27,281 bases of DNA from Pseudomonadota bacterium (lineage in GTDB: Bacteria; Bdellovibrionota; FAC87; UBA2466). Location: contig JAYSWN010000121.1 in NCBI GenBank assembly GCA_043718025.1, forward strand, positions 1-27,281. The letters run 5' to 3'. Position 1 is the stretch's first letter. Each line of letters begins with the position of its first letter. A program made the position numbers and the translations under genes. Under the pieces are notes generated by a model, which did not search any database, was not told the DNA's origin, and saw only the letters and a list, made by a program, of their open reading frames with translations. This document shows, piece after piece, positions 24,803 through 27,281 of this stretch.

Positions 24803-25594
24803 ATGCGTTACATTAGTTTTATTTCGTATTTCGCGATCTTTCTGAATACCGGCTACGCCATTGCGCCGTACCCTGACGGTCCAGTTAACGACTACACGCG
24901 ACTGCTCGAGAAGACGGAGGCCGAGTGGACGGCCACCGCCGCCGCCGGGAAAACCGGTCTTTCCCTTGCCGGCCTCACCCTAGAATGTGTGCGCCATCCC
25001 GACCACGCCTTTTACATCGGCACCAAAGTTACCGCCGTGATTCAGGCATCGCTGGGGGCCGTGGAAAAGGTTGTGGATAACGTTGCTGGATACAACGAGA
25101 TTTTTTTTGGCTTTGAAGAGATCAAAAAGAGTGAAACGCTTGCCGACGGCTGGACCGTGTTTTGGCACCGCGCGGTGCCCGTGCCGTTCATTCCCGATTT
25201 GCGCTACGAAGTGGTCTATAAAAATAGTAAAGACAACCCCAACCGAAAAACCTACCGTTACCAAATGAAAGAAAAAATCGACCTCCTGAAAGGGCTAGAT
25301 GGACTCATTGTGCTAGAAGCACTCACTCCTAGCCAAACCCACCTAACCCAGTTTCTTTTCATCGACGCTAAGTACGGCCCCATGCAATTTTTCGCCCCGG
25401 CCAAAATTTGGGCCGACGCCATTCGCGACGTCTATTTGGCCAACGTAGGCATTCAATTGCGCGCCGAAAACCCGGGCTGGCCCAAAGAAAAATTGAGAGA
25501 AGAGGCGCAAAAGGCTTTTAAAGAAAACAGGGCCAATATCTGCGTCGGTAAAAAAGTTTCGCTGGCCGGAGTGGCGGCCGGAGGACTCAAGTGA
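24803..25594 (+). CDS. secreted START/SRPBCC-like lipid-binding protein
   Basis: ATG 24803 after GGAG with a signal peptide; GTKVTAVIQASLGAVEKVVDNVAGYNEIF...VPVPFIPDLRY...IVLEALTPSQTHLT fits a helix-grip fold. Confidence 0.6.
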   Translation: MRYISFISYFAIFLNTGYAIAPYPDGPVNDYTRLLEKTEAEWTATAAAGKTGLSLAGLTLECVRHPDHAFYIGTKVTAVIQASLGAVEKVVDNVAGYNEIFFGFEEIKKSETLADGWTVFWHRAVPVPFIPDLRYEVVYKNSKDNPNRKTYRYQMKEKIDLLKGLDGLIVLEALTPSQTHLTQFLFIDAKYGPMQFFAPAKIWADAIRDVYLANVGIQLRAENPGWPKEKLREEAQKAFKENRANICVGKKVSLAGVAAGGLK

Positions 25595-26286
25595 TCACTC
25601 TTCGTAAATCTAAAGAGCGCGGTTTTTTCGATCACGGTTGGCTAAAGACTCACCATACCTTTTCCTTTGCTGATTACCGAGACTCTGACCACACCCAGTA
25701 TCAAAGTTTACGCGTCATTAACGAAGATTTTATTGCGGGTAGCAAAGGCTTTGGTACCCACGCCCATCGCGATATGGAGATCATCACCTACATTATCTCT
25801 GGCTCCCTCGAGCACAAAGACAGCATGGGAAACGGTTCCGTTATCAAAGCCGGCGACGTGCAGTACATGAGCGCAGGCAGCGGGGTAGAGCACAGCGAAT
25901 TTAACCCGTCGGCCGAGGCGGTTCACTTGCTGCAAATTTGGGTTTTCCCCAATGCGAAGGGACTAAAGCCAAGTTACGATCAAAAACACTTCGACCGCCA
26001 ATCAAAAACCAATCAACTGCGTTTACTCGTCACCGGTCAAACCAACCCCGAGTTGATTTCAATCAACCAAGACGTACAGCTCTTTGCTTCGATTCTCGAA
26101 ACCGGAAAAACCCTCAAGCACCAATTAGCCAAGGGTCGCTACGGCTGGGTACAGTTGATTTCGGGAAAGCTAAAAATAAATGACGTGGAGTTAGCCCGGG
26201 GCGACGGCGCCGCGATAAGTGAGGTGGAAACCCTTAGCTTCTTGGCCGGGAACACCGCAGAATTTTTGCTGTTTGATTTAGGTTAA
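25591..26286 (+). CDS. pirin family protein (YhhW-like)
   Basis: HGWLKTHHTFSFADY, LRVINED, GFGTHAHRDMEIITY, HKDSMGN, MSAGSGVEHSEFN, LLQIW. Confidence 0.95.
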   Translation: MITLRKSKERGFFDHGWLKTHHTFSFADYRDSDHTQYQSLRVINEDFIAGSKGFGTHAHRDMEIITYIISGSLEHKDSMGNGSVIKAGDVQYMSAGSGVEHSEFNPSAEAVHLLQIWVFPNAKGLKPSYDQKHFDRQSKTNQLRLLVTGQTNPELISINQDVQLFASILETGKTLKHQLAKGRYGWVQLISGKLKINDVELARGDGAAISEVETLSFLAGNTAEFLLFDLG

Positions 26287-26317
26287 CGAGTGGTGAACTA
26301 AACCCAAAAATAGCGCG

Positions 26318-26644
26318 TTAACGACACACTGGCTCTGGCTCATTGGCGGCAACTCCCCGCCAAATATTTCCGCCAAGCGGATGGGTGGCTTGAAGTAGGC
26401 AGTCACGTATTTTCTTGGCGTCGGTCTTGTGATTCGCTATGCAGAGTCCAACTCCATCCAAATGCCGCACAAGCAGAGTGTTTGCCAATTCCCCATCACT
26501 GGACTGTCTGTTTAGCACCCTGAAGGGGTCGGTCAGCAAGGCATCCACTATCGTCAATTCAAGTTGACCAAAACGAACTGCATTCCGTCCGGCAAGAGCG
26601 AAATTGGTTAAGTAAAAGCCTAATATCAAAATCATGACTTTCAC
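26318..26644 (-). CDS. small secreted hypothetical protein
   Basis: Signal peptide MKVMILILGFYLTNFALA; 4-nt overlap with the upstream gene. Confidence 0.5.
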   Translation of the reverse strand: MKVMILILGFYLTNFALAGRNAVRFGQLELTIVDALLTDPFRVLNRQSSDGELANTLLVRHLDGVGLCIANHKTDAKKIRDCLLQATHPLGGNIWRGVAANEPEPVCR

Positions 26645-27281
26645 TTTGCCCGCCCCTCATCTGCGGCACACTTTTCATCTACTTTGGCGGGATAAATTTC
26701 GCCCACCAAACTGGCTACATATTTGCCTTCGGCCTTCGCCATGCAAACTTTTAGGTGCCGCTTTGCTCGTTGTGGTTTGAGAACTATCTCGAGGCGCGTC
26801 CTCGTCTCGAGGCCGATTTTCTGATTAAAAAGTGATTCCATTTTTTCGAATAGCTCTTTTTGGTGAGCCTCCAGAAAGTGTGTAGCTGCCATCCTTATCT
26901 GATACTTCGGATCTTCTAATGCGGCCTCGATTTCCGCCGCCGTCAATTGATCGGCTGACCGTGTCTTATCTAAAGGCCACGCTACAGCTTTTTTTATTGA
27001 GTTATTAGCAAAGATACCCTCGGCGATAACGCCTTTAGGCACTTCAGAAAAACAAGATTCAAGGTTCGCGAGGTATTGCACCAAAAACTCAGAGACATAG
27101 TTTGAGTCAATCGATTCAGCTTTTGCTTGGGCGCGAGAAATAGGCCTTGGCTTCGGACGGGCCGCCTCCAGCGCGCCATCAAGGATTTCAAGGCGGGGCT
27201 GTAACATAACTGCCCGCTCATATTGCTTGTCTGATTCAGACTTCAATACAAATCTACCGTCGGTGCTCGGTTTAGTGGGAT
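26641..27281 (-). CDS. hypothetical protein, 5'-truncated by the window edge
   Basis: The frame stays open upstream of track start 27246 to the window end; helical, with a possible HEAT-like segment (ALEDPKYQIRMAA). Confidence 0.65.
   Translation of the reverse strand, partial: PTKPSTDGRFVLKSESDKQYERAVMLQPRLEILDGALEAARPKPRPISRAQAKAESIDSNYVSEFLVQYLANLESCFSEVPKGVIAEGIFANNSIKKAVAWPLDKTRSADQLTAAEIEAALEDPKYQIRMAATHFLEAHQKELFEKMESLFNQKIGLETRTRLEIVLKPQRAKRHLKVCMAKAEGKYVASLVGEIYPAKVDEKCAADEGRAK

Overview
Bacterial genomic window; its many orphan secreted proteins and deltaproteobacterial-type signalling genes suggest Bdellovibrionota or a relative (inference only). The left two thirds (about 1-18.6 kb) is an accessory region downstream of a minus-strand tRNA-Val(CAC) at 18594-18670. 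Copies of the tRNA 3' half at 8903-8934 and 4452-4501 delimit tandem integrated islands, and I see no integrase in them. Left of the islands are an IS481 remnant and a nucleotidyltransferase paired with a 35-aa ORF. The islands carry four type II toxin-antitoxin pairs, a frameshifted FadL-like barrel, a UfaD/UfaO/UfaM-like fatty-acid modification cluster with a DUF1365-Cfa fusion, a duplicated 108-bp HTH segment, and a 747-aa basic protein with Zn-ribbon, PD-(D/E)xK-like and tandem-repeat features. Right of the tRNA is a translationally coupled operon: SAM methyltransferase, double-PilZ/GNAT-like protein, and V4R-TM-GAF adenylate cyclase. It looks like a candidate signal synthase/receptor module linking c-di-GMP to cAMP. 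A START-like protein, a pirin and two orphan genes follow. All family calls come from motif recognition by eye, not database searches.
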